Source of the DNA: Vulcanimicrobiota bacterium
GTDB taxonomy: Bacteria; Vulcanimicrobiota; Vulcanimicrobiia; Vulcanimicrobiales; Vulcanimicrobiaceae
Assembly: GCA_963795855.1 (NCBI GenBank)
Contig: CAWCIZ010000003.1
Coordinates: forward strand, 96,001 to 160,000
Length of the DNA: 64,000 nt
Direction: 5' to 3'
Part shown: piece by piece, positions 21,883-32,496 of the stretch
How the letters are laid out: the number at the start of each line of letters is the position of its first letter
How positions within the stretch are numbered: position 1 is the first letter of the stretch
The notes under the pieces: model-generated
What the model was told of the DNA's origin: nothing
Seen by the model: the letters and a program-made list of their open reading frames with translations, nothing else
Databases searched by the model: none
Translations under genes and position numbers: made by a program

Positions 21883-23709
21883 ATGAAGACACGGCCCGAC
21901 ATCCGCAACGTCGCCATCATTGCCCACGTCGACCACGGTAAGACTACACTGGTGGACGCCATGCTCAAGCAGAGCGGCGTCTTCCGCGAAGGTCAGCACG
22001 TGCAGACGCGCGTGATGGATTCGAATCCGCTCGAACGCGAACGCGGCATCACGATTCTCGCGAAAAACACCGCTGTCCGGCACGGCGACTTCAAGTTCAA
22101 CATCGTCGACACGCCGGGTCACGCGGACTTTGGCGGCGAGGTGGAGCGCGTGCTGCAAATGGTTCAGGGCGTGCTTCTCCTGGTCGACGCAGCCGAAGGC
22201 GTGATGCCGCAAACGCGCTTCGTGCTGCGCAAAGCGCTCGAATTGGATCTCAAGGCGATCGTCGTCGTCAACAAAATCGATCGCAAAGATGCGCGGCCGA
22301 CCGAAGTCGTGAACGAAGTTTTCGACTTGTTCATCGAACTGGGCGCGAGCGACGAGCAGGCCGACTTTCCGGTCGTCTTTACCAACGGCAAACTCGGCAT
22401 TGCCAAACGAACGCTCGAGGATCCTAGCAATGATTTGGAACCGCTGTTCAAAGTTATCTGCGATCACGTTCCCGAAGCGCCGGCTGAAGACGGCGGCTTT
22501 CAATTGCTCGTCTCCGCAATCGATCACAACAAATACGTCGGCCGTATCGGCATCGGCCGCGTGTTTCGCGGCAGTGCGAAAGCGAACGCTCCGATCGCGA
22601 AGGTCGCGCGCGACGGCGCCGTTGAGACCGGGCTGCGCCTGACGAAGCTGCTGACGTTCCAAGGCTTGGAGCGCGTTGAAGTAGAGGAAGCAATCGCAGG
22701 CGACATCGTCTGCGTTTCCGGCATCGAAGGCTTGAACATAGGCGATACGATCGCAGACGTCGGCGCAGCCGAAGGGGTGCACGCGGTGGCCGTTGACGAG
22801 CCCACCGTTTCGATGTCCTTCAGCGTGAACAATTCGCCGTTCGCAGGCAAAGAAGGCAAGTTTCTGACCTCGCGTCAAATTCGCGCCCGGCTTATGGCCG
22901 AACTCGAATCCAACGTCGCGCTGCGCGTTTCCGACACGGAATCGGCCGACACGTTCGAGGTGCGCGGACGGGGCGAGTTGCATCTTTCGATCCTGATTGA
23001 AACGATGCGCCGCGAAGGCTACGAAGTGCAGGTCTCCAAGCCGCAGGTCATCATCACCGAGCGCGAGGGCAAGAAGTGGGAGCCGGTCGAGTACGTCGTC
23101 GTCGACGTACCGTCGGAATATGAAGGGCCGGTTATCGAAGCACTCGGCCGGCGTAAAGCGATCATGTCGAACATGATCAACGTTGGCGAATCGCGCCGGC
23201 TGGAGTACACGATGCCGACGCGCGCAATCTTCGGTCTGCGCGGCGAACTGCTGACGCTCACGCGGGGCACCGCCGTGATGTCGCACACGTATTACGATCA
23301 CCAGGAATGGCAAGGCGAGTTGCCCGGACGCAACGTCGGTGCGCTCGTGGCGAGCGACACCGGACGCGTAACCGGCTACGCACTCATGGGTCTGGAACAG
23401 CGCGGACGCTTCTTCGTGGGTCCCGGCGTGGACGTGTACGAAGGCATGGTCGTGGGGCGTGCCAACGACGACAAAGACATCGCGCTCAACGTCGTTCGTG
23501 AAAAGAAGCTCACGAATATGCGCGCTGCGGGATCGGACGAAAACATCAAACTGCCGCCGCCCGAAGATCTGTCGCTCGAACGCGCGATCGAATTCATCGA
23601 GGACGACGAATTAGTCGAAGTAACGCCGAAGTCGATACGCGTTCGTAAGCGCATGCTTAACGAAACCGACCGTTTGCGCGCCCGCAAACGCGAATTCAGC
23701 CGTACGTAA
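21883..23709 (+). CDS. typA: Translational GTPase TypA/BipA
   Basis: [47 protein letters not shown]. Confidence 0.97.
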   Translation: MKTRPDIRNVAIIAHVDHGKTTLVDAMLKQSGVFREGQHVQTRVMDSNPLERERGITILAKNTAVRHGDFKFNIVDTPGHADFGGEVERVLQMVQGVLLLVDAAEGVMPQTRFVLRKALELDLKAIVVVNKIDRKDARPTEVVNEVFDLFIELGASDEQADFPVVFTNGKLGIAKRTLEDPSNDLEPLFKVICDHVPEAPAEDGGFQLLVSAIDHNKYVGRIGIGRVFRGSAKANAPIAKVARDGAVETGLRLTKLLTFQGLERVEVEEAIAGDIVCVSGIEGLNIGDTIADVGAAEGVHAVAVDEPTVSMSFSVNNSPFAGKEGKFLTSRQIRARLMAELESNVALRVSDTESADTFEVRGRGELHLSILIETMRREGYEVQVSKPQVIITEREGKKWEPVEYVVVDVPSEYEGPVIEALGRRKAIMSNMINVGESRRLEYTMPTRAIFGLRGELLTLTRGTAVMSHTYYDHQEWQGELPGRNVGALVASDTGRVTGYALMGLEQRGRFFVGPGVDVYEGMVVGRANDDKDIALNVVREKKLTNMRAAGSDENIKLPPPEDLSLERAIEFIEDDELVEVTPKSIRVRKRMLNETDRLRARKREFSRT

Positions 23710-23726
23710 AGCCGGCTCGCTCTGGT

Positions 23727-24209
23727 TCAGTAACCGAAGCGCAGCAGCACCATACAGAGCAGGATCGCAAGAAAGCCGGCCTGCTCGATCGCAATACTTT
23801 GCATGAGACGCGAAAACGCGGCCTGTTTTTCCGCCGGGGCGGCGGCGGCCATTTCATGCGAACGCTCCTTCACGCCGTACTGTCCCCAAACGTAGGTTCC
23901 GATTGCGATGGCAAGCGCTGCCAAAACCGTAACGCCGTACGCGTCACTGACGAACCCGTAAAGCGACGTGAAGCGCCCAGTGGCAAACGCTGTCGCGATT
24001 CCAAGCAGCACCGTCGCGATTCCGGCGACCGGCATGACGCGGGAGGCCTGTGCGCCCAAGCGCGGGCCGACTTCCGCCATCGCCCCTCCGCTCACTCCGG
24101 CGAAGGCGGGGCCGAGTACCAGCAGACTGAAGATTGCACCGCCGAACCAGGCGATTCCGGCCAGCACGTGCAGTCCATAGAGCACTGAAAGCAAGATTGG
24201 CATGGCCAC
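23727..24209 (-). CDS. Four-TM membrane protein (CopD/DUF2269-like)
   Basis: LHVLAGIAWFGG motif and four hydrophobic helices. Confidence 0.65.
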   Translation of the reverse strand: MAMPILLSVLYGLHVLAGIAWFGGAIFSLLVLGPAFAGVSGGAMAEVGPRLGAQASRVMPVAGIATVLLGIATAFATGRFTSLYGFVSDAYGVTVLAALAIAIGTYVWGQYGVKERSHEMAAAAPAEKQAAFSRLMQSIAIEQAGFLAILLCMVLLRFGY

Positions 24210-24238
24210 AGTATTGCACTGCGGCGTCTAGGGAGCGT

Positions 24239-25144
24239 CTAGCCGGACGTGAGATTCGGTTCGGGCGAGGCCGCCTCGGCGATGCAGTACGTCGCGCCGT
24301 TCGTCTGCGTATCGTCGTACTTGGAGTAAATGAGCTGCACCGTCCATGTATTCGCGCCGGCGGTGATGGTGCCGGTTTGCCCGTTGCAGATGTCGCCGTT
24401 TTCGCCGTTTTGCGGATCGTACCACGCGTTGAGTTGCGGATCGCTCGTCATTTCGGCAAACTCGTGGCTCGCAACTTGCGTGCGGCGCTGCTCTTGCGTT
24501 TCGGCGAGCTGCACGGAGCACGTCGAATCGCCGCCCGGGCATGATTCTTTGACGCACGTGTCGTCGAGCGCGGGAATGATCGCGTAGTAGAACGGATTGC
24601 CGGCTTTGGTCGTGAAGAAATCGTGATAGCCGAATGCGGTATCACCCGTCGGTTCGCAGAGTACGAGTCCGGCGGCGGTGTCCTTGATCTCGATGCTGGT
24701 ATCCAAGAAGACGATGAGCACGTCCGACGTATTGTTCGCAGGCGGCTCCGGAATCGTTCCGGCGTCGATTGCGCTTTGAATCGCCGCCTGCACGCCGGCG
24801 TTGTCGAGCTGAGGTGCCACGGTGGTCAGCGTCGAGCTGCTAACGTACGTTCCGGTGCCGGCGCCGGTTCCGACGCCGTATTGCGAGAGCACGTTCATAA
24901 ACTTCGACGCAAGCAAATCCTTGCAGTATTGCTGCAGGCGCGTTGCGGCGTTTTGCTGCGACGCGTCGCTCTGCCACGAAGCGCCCCAGAAACTCGAGAA
25001 AACGCGGGGCTTGGAAACGACCGGACCGCCGTTATAGACGAACGCGGGATACGCGCCGTTTGACGTGGGCGCGCGCGGAACCACCACCGTCGCACCGTGG
25101 AGCACCGGGCTGCGCCGCCTGGGGTTAACGCCTCCGTACGGCAT
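24239..25144 (-). CDS. Hypothetical protein resembling the Phi-1/EXORDIUM family
   Basis: YNGGPVV..FWGASW, FGYH, SHEFAEMTSDP..AWY...ENGDIC. ATG overlaps the clpB TAA. Confidence 0.6.
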   Translation of the reverse strand: MPYGGVNPRRRSPVLHGATVVVPRAPTSNGAYPAFVYNGGPVVSKPRVFSSFWGASWQSDASQQNAATRLQQYCKDLLASKFMNVLSQYGVGTGAGTGTYVSSSTLTTVAPQLDNAGVQAAIQSAIDAGTIPEPPANNTSDVLIVFLDTSIEIKDTAAGLVLCEPTGDTAFGYHDFFTTKAGNPFYYAIIPALDDTCVKESCPGGDSTCSVQLAETQEQRRTQVASHEFAEMTSDPQLNAWYDPQNGENGDICNGQTGTITAGANTWTVQLIYSKYDDTQTNGATYCIAEAASPEPNLTSG

Positions 25145-27777
25145 TACACCAGAACCGGTTCGTCGGAGTATCGCGATGTGAATGTCAGTGCGCCGCGCAC
25201 GTCGTCGTAGTCCACGACGACCCGCTGCCCATCGCGCACGTCACCGGCAAGTATCTTCCGTCCCAGCGGCGTTTCCAACTCCTTCTGAATCGCACGTTTG
25301 AGCGGGCGCGCACCATACACCGGGTCGTATCCGGTTTTCACCAGATGGCGTTTCGCCGCATCGGTTAGTTCCAAATGAATGCGCCGCTGCGCCAGCCGCT
25401 CGCGCACGCGATGCAATTGAATCTCGATGATCTCCGTCAGTTCTTCTTCGGTAAGCGCGTGGAACACGATCACCTCGTCAACGCGGTTCAGAAATTCGGG
25501 ACGGAAATGCTGACGCAGCTCGTCCAATACCGTCGCGCGCATCACCGCGTACTCGGCGCCGCCCATATCGCCCTTGTAGTCCAAAATGCGATGGCTGCCG
25601 ACGTTCGAAGTCATGATGACGATCGTGTTGCGGAAATCGACGGTTCGGCCTTGGCCATCGGTCAAGCGTCCGTCGTCGAGAATCTGCAAAAACACGTTGA
25701 ACACGTCCGGATGCGCCTTTTCGATCTCGTCGAAAAGAATGACGCTGTACGGACGGCGACGCACTGCTTCGGTGAGTTGTCCGCCTTCTTCGAAACCGAT
25801 GTATCCCGGTGGTGCGCCGAGCAGACGCGCGACCGTGTGTTTCTCCTGATACTCCGACATGTCGATGCGAATCATCGCGCGCTCGTCGTCGAAGAGATAC
25901 TCCGCAAGTGCGCGCGCTAATTCGGTCTTTCCGACGCCGGTTGGCCCGAGAAAAATGAACGAGCCGATGGGGCGGTTCGGATCCGCAAGTCCGGACCGCG
26001 AGCGCACGACCGCTTCGGCGACCGCGTCGACCGCTTCGTCCTGCCCAACCACGCGCTTGTGCAATTCCTCGTCGAGATGCAAGAGTTTCTGCACCTCGCC
26101 TTCGAGCATTTTCGAAACGGGTACGCCCGTCCAGCGGCTGATCACCTCGGCGATGTCCTCTTCGTCGACTTCTTCTTTGGAGAGCCGCGCTTGGCCGTCG
26201 CGTGAAGACAGACGCTCTTCCTCTGCCTGAAGCTGTTTTTCCAGGCTCGCGAGTTTTCCGTATTTCAATTCGGCGACGCGGTTGAGATCGTACTGGCGCT
26301 CGGCCTGCTCGATCTGCACCTTCGTCGCTTCGATCTGCTCGCGCAAATCGCGCAGTTTGACCGCCGCCGCTTTTTCGGCTTGCCAACGGGCCTGCAGCGC
26401 GCGCTGGTCTTCTTTGAGGTCCGCCAGTTCTTTTTCGAGCTGGTCCAAACGGCGTTTGCTCGCGTCGTCCGTTTCCTTGCGAAGCGCTTCGCGTTCGATT
26501 TCGAGCTGCATCACGCGGCGCGTAAGTTCGTCCAATTCCTGCGGCATGGAGTCGATTTCGGTGCGAAGTTTTGCCGCCGCCTCGTCGACGAGATCGATTG
26601 CCTTATCAGGCAAGAACCGATCGCTGATGTAACGGTTGGAAAGCGTCGCCGCAGCGACGAGCGCGGAATCCTTGATCCGCACGCCGTGGTGCGCTTCGTA
26701 CTTTTCTTTCAGGCCGCGCAGAATGGAAACCGTGTCTTCGACGCTCGGCTGATCCACGAAAACTGGTTGAAAGCGCCGCTCGAGCGCCGCATCCTTCTCG
26801 ACGTATTTGCGGTACTCGTCAAGCGTGGTCGCCCCGATCATGTGCAATTCGCCGCGCGCGAGCATCGGTTTGAGCAGATTGCCCGCGTCCATCGCACCCT
26901 CGGCTTTGCCGGCGCCGACGACCGTATGCAATTCGTCGACGAAGAGCAGAATCTGGCCCTCGGAGTTCTGCACGTCTTTCAGGACCGCTTTTAGCCGTTC
27001 TTCAAATTCACCGCGATATTTCGCGCCGGCGATGAGCGCGCCCATGTCAAGCGCAACGACGCGTTTGTCTTTCAAACCTTCAGGCACGTCGCGGCGAACG
27101 ATGCGCTGCGCGAGCCCTTCGACGATCGCGGTTTTACCGACGCCGGGCTCGCCGATCAGCACCGGGTTGTTCTTCGTGCGCCGCGAGAGCACTTGGATGA
27201 CGCGGCGTATTTCGTCGTCGCGGCCGATGACCGGATCGAGTTTTCCGCGCTCGGCTTCGAGGGTCAAATCGCGCCCGTAGCGCTCCAAACTCTTGTACGT
27301 GCCTTCCGGGTTTTGCGTCGTGACGCGCTGATTGCCGCGCACCGCGCGCAGCGCCACGAGCAGTTTGTCGCGCGTCAGACCGAGCTCGCGGAAGATGCGG
27401 CCTACGGCGCCGCTGTTCTGCGTCATCGCCAGCAGCAAATGTTCGACGGAAACGTAGTCGTCTTGGAGCTGCTTCGCGTCGCTTTCCGCTTGCGTGAAGA
27501 GCCGCGTGAGATCGGGCGCGACGGTAACGGTCGCCTGGTCGGCGCTCGATCCGGTCAAACGCGGCAAACGGCCGATTGCCTCGTCGGTTTTCGCGGCAAC
27601 CGTCTTCGGATCGACGCCGGCTTCCTTGACGACGTCCGGCGCGATGCCGCGGTCCTGATCCAACAGCGCCGCAAGCAGATGCTCGGGCGTGGTCTGCGTG
27701 TTGTGCTCGTGCAGTGCGCGCGTATATGCGGCGTTCAGAGCGTCTTGAACGCGCTCCGTCATGCGATCTACATTCAT
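25144..27777 (-). CDS. clpB: ATP-dependent chaperone ClpB
   Basis: Two AAA+ modules ([16 protein letters not shown]) and the coiled-coil M domain; 877 aa. Confidence 0.97.
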   Translation of the reverse strand: MNVDRMTERVQDALNAAYTRALHEHNTQTTPEHLLAALLDQDRGIAPDVVKEAGVDPKTVAAKTDEAIGRLPRLTGSSADQATVTVAPDLTRLFTQAESDAKQLQDDYVSVEHLLLAMTQNSGAVGRIFRELGLTRDKLLVALRAVRGNQRVTTQNPEGTYKSLERYGRDLTLEAERGKLDPVIGRDDEIRRVIQVLSRRTKNNPVLIGEPGVGKTAIVEGLAQRIVRRDVPEGLKDKRVVALDMGALIAGAKYRGEFEERLKAVLKDVQNSEGQILLFVDELHTVVGAGKAEGAMDAGNLLKPMLARGELHMIGATTLDEYRKYVEKDAALERRFQPVFVDQPSVEDTVSILRGLKEKYEAHHGVRIKDSALVAAATLSNRYISDRFLPDKAIDLVDEAAAKLRTEIDSMPQELDELTRRVMQLEIEREALRKETDDASKRRLDQLEKELADLKEDQRALQARWQAEKAAAVKLRDLREQIEATKVQIEQAERQYDLNRVAELKYGKLASLEKQLQAEEERLSSRDGQARLSKEEVDEEDIAEVISRWTGVPVSKMLEGEVQKLLHLDEELHKRVVGQDEAVDAVAEAVVRSRSGLADPNRPIGSFIFLGPTGVGKTELARALAEYLFDDERAMIRIDMSEYQEKHTVARLLGAPPGYIGFEEGGQLTEAVRRRPYSVILFDEIEKAHPDVFNVFLQILDDGRLTDGQGRTVDFRNTIVIMTSNVGSHRILDYKGDMGGAEYAVMRATVLDELRQHFRPEFLNRVDEVIVFHALTEEELTEIIEIQLHRVRERLAQRRIHLELTDAAKRHLVKTGYDPVYGARPLKRAIQKELETPLGRKILAGDVRDGQRVVVDYDDVRGALTFTSRYSDEPVLV

Positions 27778-27836
27778 CGGTTCACTTGTCTAGACAGCAG
27801 GAACGCCCTTTCGGTTGCGCCTTGGGCTTGCTGCTC

Positions 27837-28862
27837 TTACGTACCCACGGCAGCGTCCGCGGATTCACCCGAGACCGCCGTTTGGACGGCGTCGAGGTAG
27901 TTGCGCTTCGCGCTCTCCTCGATGAACGACGCCTCGAACGAGTTGCGGGCAAGCCGCACGAGCTCGTCATCCGAAAGCTTCAGCGCGCTCGCGCTTTGCT
28001 CGAAATTTTCGCCGACGTAGCCACCGAAATACGCGGGGTCGTCGGAATTGATCGTGGCGACCAATCCGGCATCGAGCATGCTCCGCAGCGGATGTTGCGA
28101 CAGCGAGGGCACGACACGCAATCGCACGTTGGAAAGCGGACAGACCGTCAGCGGCGTGCGGCTGCGGCGCAAACGCTCGACGAGCTGCGGATCCTCCATG
28201 CTGCGCACGCCATGGTCGATGCGGGAGACGTGCAGCGTATCGAGCGCATCCCAAACGTACGCGGGCGGACCTTCTTCGCCGGCGTGCGCGACCGCGTGCA
28301 GGCCATGCGCGCGCGCCCGTTCGAAAACAGCGGCGAATTTGGACGGCGGATTGCCGAGCTCGGCGGAATCGAGCCCGACCGCGACGATGCGTTCCAGATA
28401 CGGAAGCGCTAGTTCGAGGGTCTCTATCGCGGAATGTTCCGGCTGATCGCGCAGAAAGCACATGATGAGCGAGCTGGTGATGCCGTAATCGCGTTCGCTC
28501 GTGCGTAAGGCCGACCATAAACCGTCGATCACGGTTTCGAAGTGCAAGCCGCGCTGCAAGTGCGCTTGCGGATCGAAAAAGATCTCCGCGTGCTTGACGT
28601 TCTGCGCCTGCGCGCGTTTCAAGTATGCAAGGGTGAGTTCTTCGAAGTCCCGCTCGGTACGCAGCGCCGACATCGCTTCGTAGTACAGGTCGAGAAACGA
28701 TTGCAGATCGGAAAAGCGGTACGCGGCTCGCAACGCTTCGACGTTCGGATATTTGAGCCGGACGCCGTTTCGTTCGGCGAATGCGAAGATCTGCTCCGGT
28801 TCGAAGGTCCCCTCGATGTGAAGGTGGAGTTCGGCTTTCGGCAACGCACCCGGTCTAATCAT
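27837..28862 (-). CDS. add: Adenosine/adenine deaminase (Add family)
   Basis: LPKAELHLHIEGT, AHAGEEG, RIDHG, NSDDPAYFGG. Confidence 0.9.
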   Translation of the reverse strand: MIRPGALPKAELHLHIEGTFEPEQIFAFAERNGVRLKYPNVEALRAAYRFSDLQSFLDLYYEAMSALRTERDFEELTLAYLKRAQAQNVKHAEIFFDPQAHLQRGLHFETVIDGLWSALRTSERDYGITSSLIMCFLRDQPEHSAIETLELALPYLERIVAVGLDSAELGNPPSKFAAVFERARAHGLHAVAHAGEEGPPAYVWDALDTLHVSRIDHGVRSMEDPQLVERLRRSRTPLTVCPLSNVRLRVVPSLSQHPLRSMLDAGLVATINSDDPAYFGGYVGENFEQSASALKLSDDELVRLARNSFEASFIEESAKRNYLDAVQTAVSGESADAAVGT

Positions 28863-30739
28863 GGGCGGCCGATTTCGCGCGCAGCATTCGGTAATCCCCG
28901 CTGCGCACGGTAATGCCGCGCGCGTCAAACCATTCCAGCAGCGGCACCGCATATTTGCGTGAGGTGCCGATCAAATCGCGGAACTGCGCCATCGTCATCT
29001 GCTTGTTGCTGCGCAAGAACTGCTCGACGCGTGCGTGAATCTGAGCGATCTGCGTGCCCCTGTAGAGATCGTCGCCGACCTTGACCAGCGCTCCTTTCGC
29101 GAGCAGTGTATCGAATGCCTTACCGATTCCCGCAATGCGCGATTGCTTTACCGCCGCGACGACCTGCGCGAGCGGCGTGGGTGTAAACGGCCCCGATCCG
29201 TTCCCCGGGACGTGTTCTTCGAAAAACGCTTGCTGCTCGGCGGAAATTTTTGGCGCGTGCTCCGCCAGCGCAAAATAGCCGGCGCGATGCGCGATTCTGC
29301 CCTCGTCGGCGTACGCTCCGAGAAGGCGCAGCACGAGCGGCTCGTCCACGCGAAGCGCGCGCGAGAGCGCAAGCGACGTGCTGCCCATCGCCCACGGCTC
29401 CGTGCGGTGCTGTGCGGCGAGATGTTCGTTCACACGTTCGAGCAGCGCCTGCGCGCTCGCCGCATCGACGAATGCAGCGGGCCGAGCAACCCGCACGACG
29501 TCCCCGCGTTCCGCCAGTGCCTCCAGCGCCGGCGCTATTGCGTCTTCTCGCAGATTCGCTTCACGCGCGATTTCCGCGCTCGCCATCGCGCGCAAACCCG
29601 CTTTTCGCAACACCGCCGACACCGCAGACTTCATGCGGATTGAGCGCCGGCTCCAACGCTCGTGAATCCGCGCTTTGCGCGCCCGAGCTGCCTTCGATCT
29701 TTCCGCCGCCGAGCAAATTCTTCGGCGAAAGCCGCCGCACTACGAAAGCCGTTCCAGGGTACGCGACCGTCGGCCGGCGCAGATAGACCTGCGCCTGCAA
29801 CTCGACCGGCTCTTGCGGAACGTCGCCAAAAACCAGCGTTCCGAGAATCTCTGCGGAGCCGATATATGCGCGAACGTCATTGCGTTTGCGCAGGATTGGC
29901 AACGCCTCCGCGAGCGGCGTAAAGCGCACCGTGAAAGAATCCACGTGTGCGAATTGCGGCGCGACCAGCATTTCGCCGCGTTCGATCTCGTGCACGTCGA
30001 CGGCCGGGATGTTGAGCGCTACCCGAGCGCCGCCTTCGACTTTCTCACGCTTCTCGCCGAAGCTTTGCAGGCTGCGCACGCGCACGTTCTTTTCCGACGG
30101 CTGCAGTTTGAGCGTGTCGCCGACGGCAATTCGCCCCTGCATCAACGTTCCGGTAACGATCGTTCCGAGGCCGGGAAGTGCGAAAACGCGGTCGATCGGT
30201 AAATATGCCGGCGCTTCGGGGTCGCGCGGCCGCAGGTTCTTCAACGCCTGATGAATCGCATCGCGCAGCGCGTCCATGTTCGCGCCGGTGACGGTCGATA
30301 CGGCGAAAATATAGGCGTTTTCCGCGATCGTGCCGCGCAGTTGACGGTGCACGCGCAAACAGGCCGCGCCGCCTTCTTCCGGCGGGATCAGATCCATTTT
30401 CGTCAGCACGACGATCACTTCGCGCACGTTGAGGTAGCGCAAAATCTGAAGGTGCTCGACGGTCTGCGGCATCACGCCTTCGGTGGCAGCGATGACGAGC
30501 AGCAGCACTTCCATGCCGGCGGCTCCCGCGAGCATATTGTGCAAAAAACGTTCGTGTCCCGGAACGTCGACGATGCCCGCTTCGACCCCGTCGTCGAACC
30601 GCAGGTGCGCGAATCCCAAATCCAGCGTCATCCCGCGCAATTGTTCTTCGAGCCAGCGATCGGGATTGGTTCCAGTGAGCGCGCTCACCAGCGTCGACTT
30701 GCCGTGGTCGACGTGTCCGGCGGTGCCGATGATGTGCAC
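28855..30739 (-). CDS. selB: Selenocysteine-specific elongation factor, frameshift at about 29628
   Basis: IGTAGHVDHGKS, RGMTLDLGF, DVPGHERF; C-terminal winged helix FRDLIGTSRKYAVPLLEWFD. Confidence 0.95.
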
Positions 30740-30740
30740 G

Positions 30741-32088
30741 TTAGTTCGTCAAATCTGCGAGCGCGCCGATGACGCGCAGATCGTCGCTCGGAAAAATCGT
30801 GCGCAGGTCCAGCAGCAGGCGGCCTTCGTCGATCCGTCCGACGATCGGCGTCGATCCGCGGCGTAACGCGTGTGCGGCTGCATCGGCGCCTTGCGGCGGC
30901 GCGAGCGCAACCGCGACGGACGGCAGCGCGCTTTCGGGCAGCGATCCACCGCCGACGTACGCGGTGGTCTCGACGACGCGGCAGTTCGCAATCTCATTTG
31001 CGTAGCGGTCCGCGCGCGAGCGCAGCGCGCCGATCGATGCGCCGAGCATCGCATAGAACGGAATCTCCGCCCGCGCGTCCGGTGTGAGGTAGAGTCTGAC
31101 GGTTTGCGCGAGCGCTGCGAGCGTCATTTTGTCAACGCGCAGCGCGCGCAGCAGCGGATTGCTCCGCAATCGCGCGATGAGCACGCTCTTACCGACGATG
31201 ATGCCGGCTTGCGGGCCGCCGAGCATTTTATCGCCGGAAAATGCGACGAGATCGATACCGTCCGACACCGCTTCCTGTACCGTACGTTCGTGCGGCAAGC
31301 TGATACTCCGCCAAATCGACGAGAGCGCCGCTGCCCAAGTCTTCCACGAGTGGAATGCCGGTGCGATTTGCCAGCGCGGCGAGGTCTTTCGCTTCGACCT
31401 CATGCGTGAAGCCGCTGATGCGGTAGTTCGAAGGATGCGAGCGCAGCAGCAGCGCGGTATCGGCGGTGAGCGCGCGTTCGTAGTCCCTCAGATACACTTT
31501 GTTCGTCGCGCCCACTTCGACGAGGCGCGCGCCGCTGCGCTGCAGCACGTCGGGCAGCCGAAAGCCGCCGCCGATCTCGATGAGTTGATTGCGCGAAACG
31601 ACGACCTCGCGATTCTTCGCGAACGTGTCGAGGATGAGCAGCACGGCGGCGGCGCAATTGTTGACGACCAGCGCGTCTTGCGCGCCGGTGACGGATTGCA
31701 AGAGCAGCGTCGCGCGCGCGTATCGCGAACCGCGCCCGCCGCGGTCCAAATCGTACTCGAGATTCGAATAGCCGCTTCCGGCGTCGTTCACCGCATCGAG
31801 CGCGGAGGCGGCCAGCGGCGCACGGCCGAGATTCGTGTGCAAAAGAATGCCGGTCGCGTTGACGACCGGAACGAGCATCTCGAACGCGCTTCGTTCCAAT
31901 TCCGCCAGCACTTGCGCGGAGAGTTCCTCGAAGCCGCCGGCGCTCTCGCGAACGCGCGCCGCATCGAGCGTCGCTCCGATGCTCCGTTTGACGTGCTCTT
32001 TTCCGAGCAGCGCTTCGTACCCGGCGATACGCGGCTCGGATAAAAAACGATGCACGGGCGGAATCCCGCGCAGCGTTTCATTGCTCAT
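30741..32088 (-). CDS. selA: L-seryl-tRNA(Sec) selenium transferase, frameshift at about 31298
   Basis: NATGILLHTNLGRAPL, VNNCAAAV, EIGGGFR, EDLGSG, FSGDKMLGGPQAG. Confidence 0.95.
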
Positions 32089-32110
32089 CGCGAGGCCGTT
32101 GCCTCGGTTC

Positions 32111-32438
32111 CTAGTTCAGGTGCTTGGAGAGCATCGACGTAATCGTCTGCTCCGACACGTAGCCGACGATCCGGTCGACCGGCTTTCCGCCTTTGAACAG
32201 AATCAGGCACGGGATGCCTGAGACTTGATATTCACCGGCAAGGTTCGGGTTGTCGTCCGTGTTGAGTTTGACGAACTTCGCGCGGCCGGCATGCGACCCC
32301 GCAACCTTCTCGACGACGGGGGCGAGCATTTTGCACGGGCCGCACCAGGGCGCCCAAAAATCGACGAGCACGGGCTGCAGCCGCGCCCAGCACCTCTTGT
32401 TGAAAATTCGTTTGCGATACGTCGGCTAATGCACTCAT
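32111..32438 (-). CDS. trxA: Thioredoxin, frameshift at about 32378
   Basis: MSALADVSQTNFQQEVL, frameshift, then PVLVDFWAPWCGPC. Confidence 0.93.
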
Positions 32439-32496
32439 ATTGCTCTCTAACATACCATGTCGCGTCCAGGTTTCGCGGGCAGGCTCCCCAGGCGCG

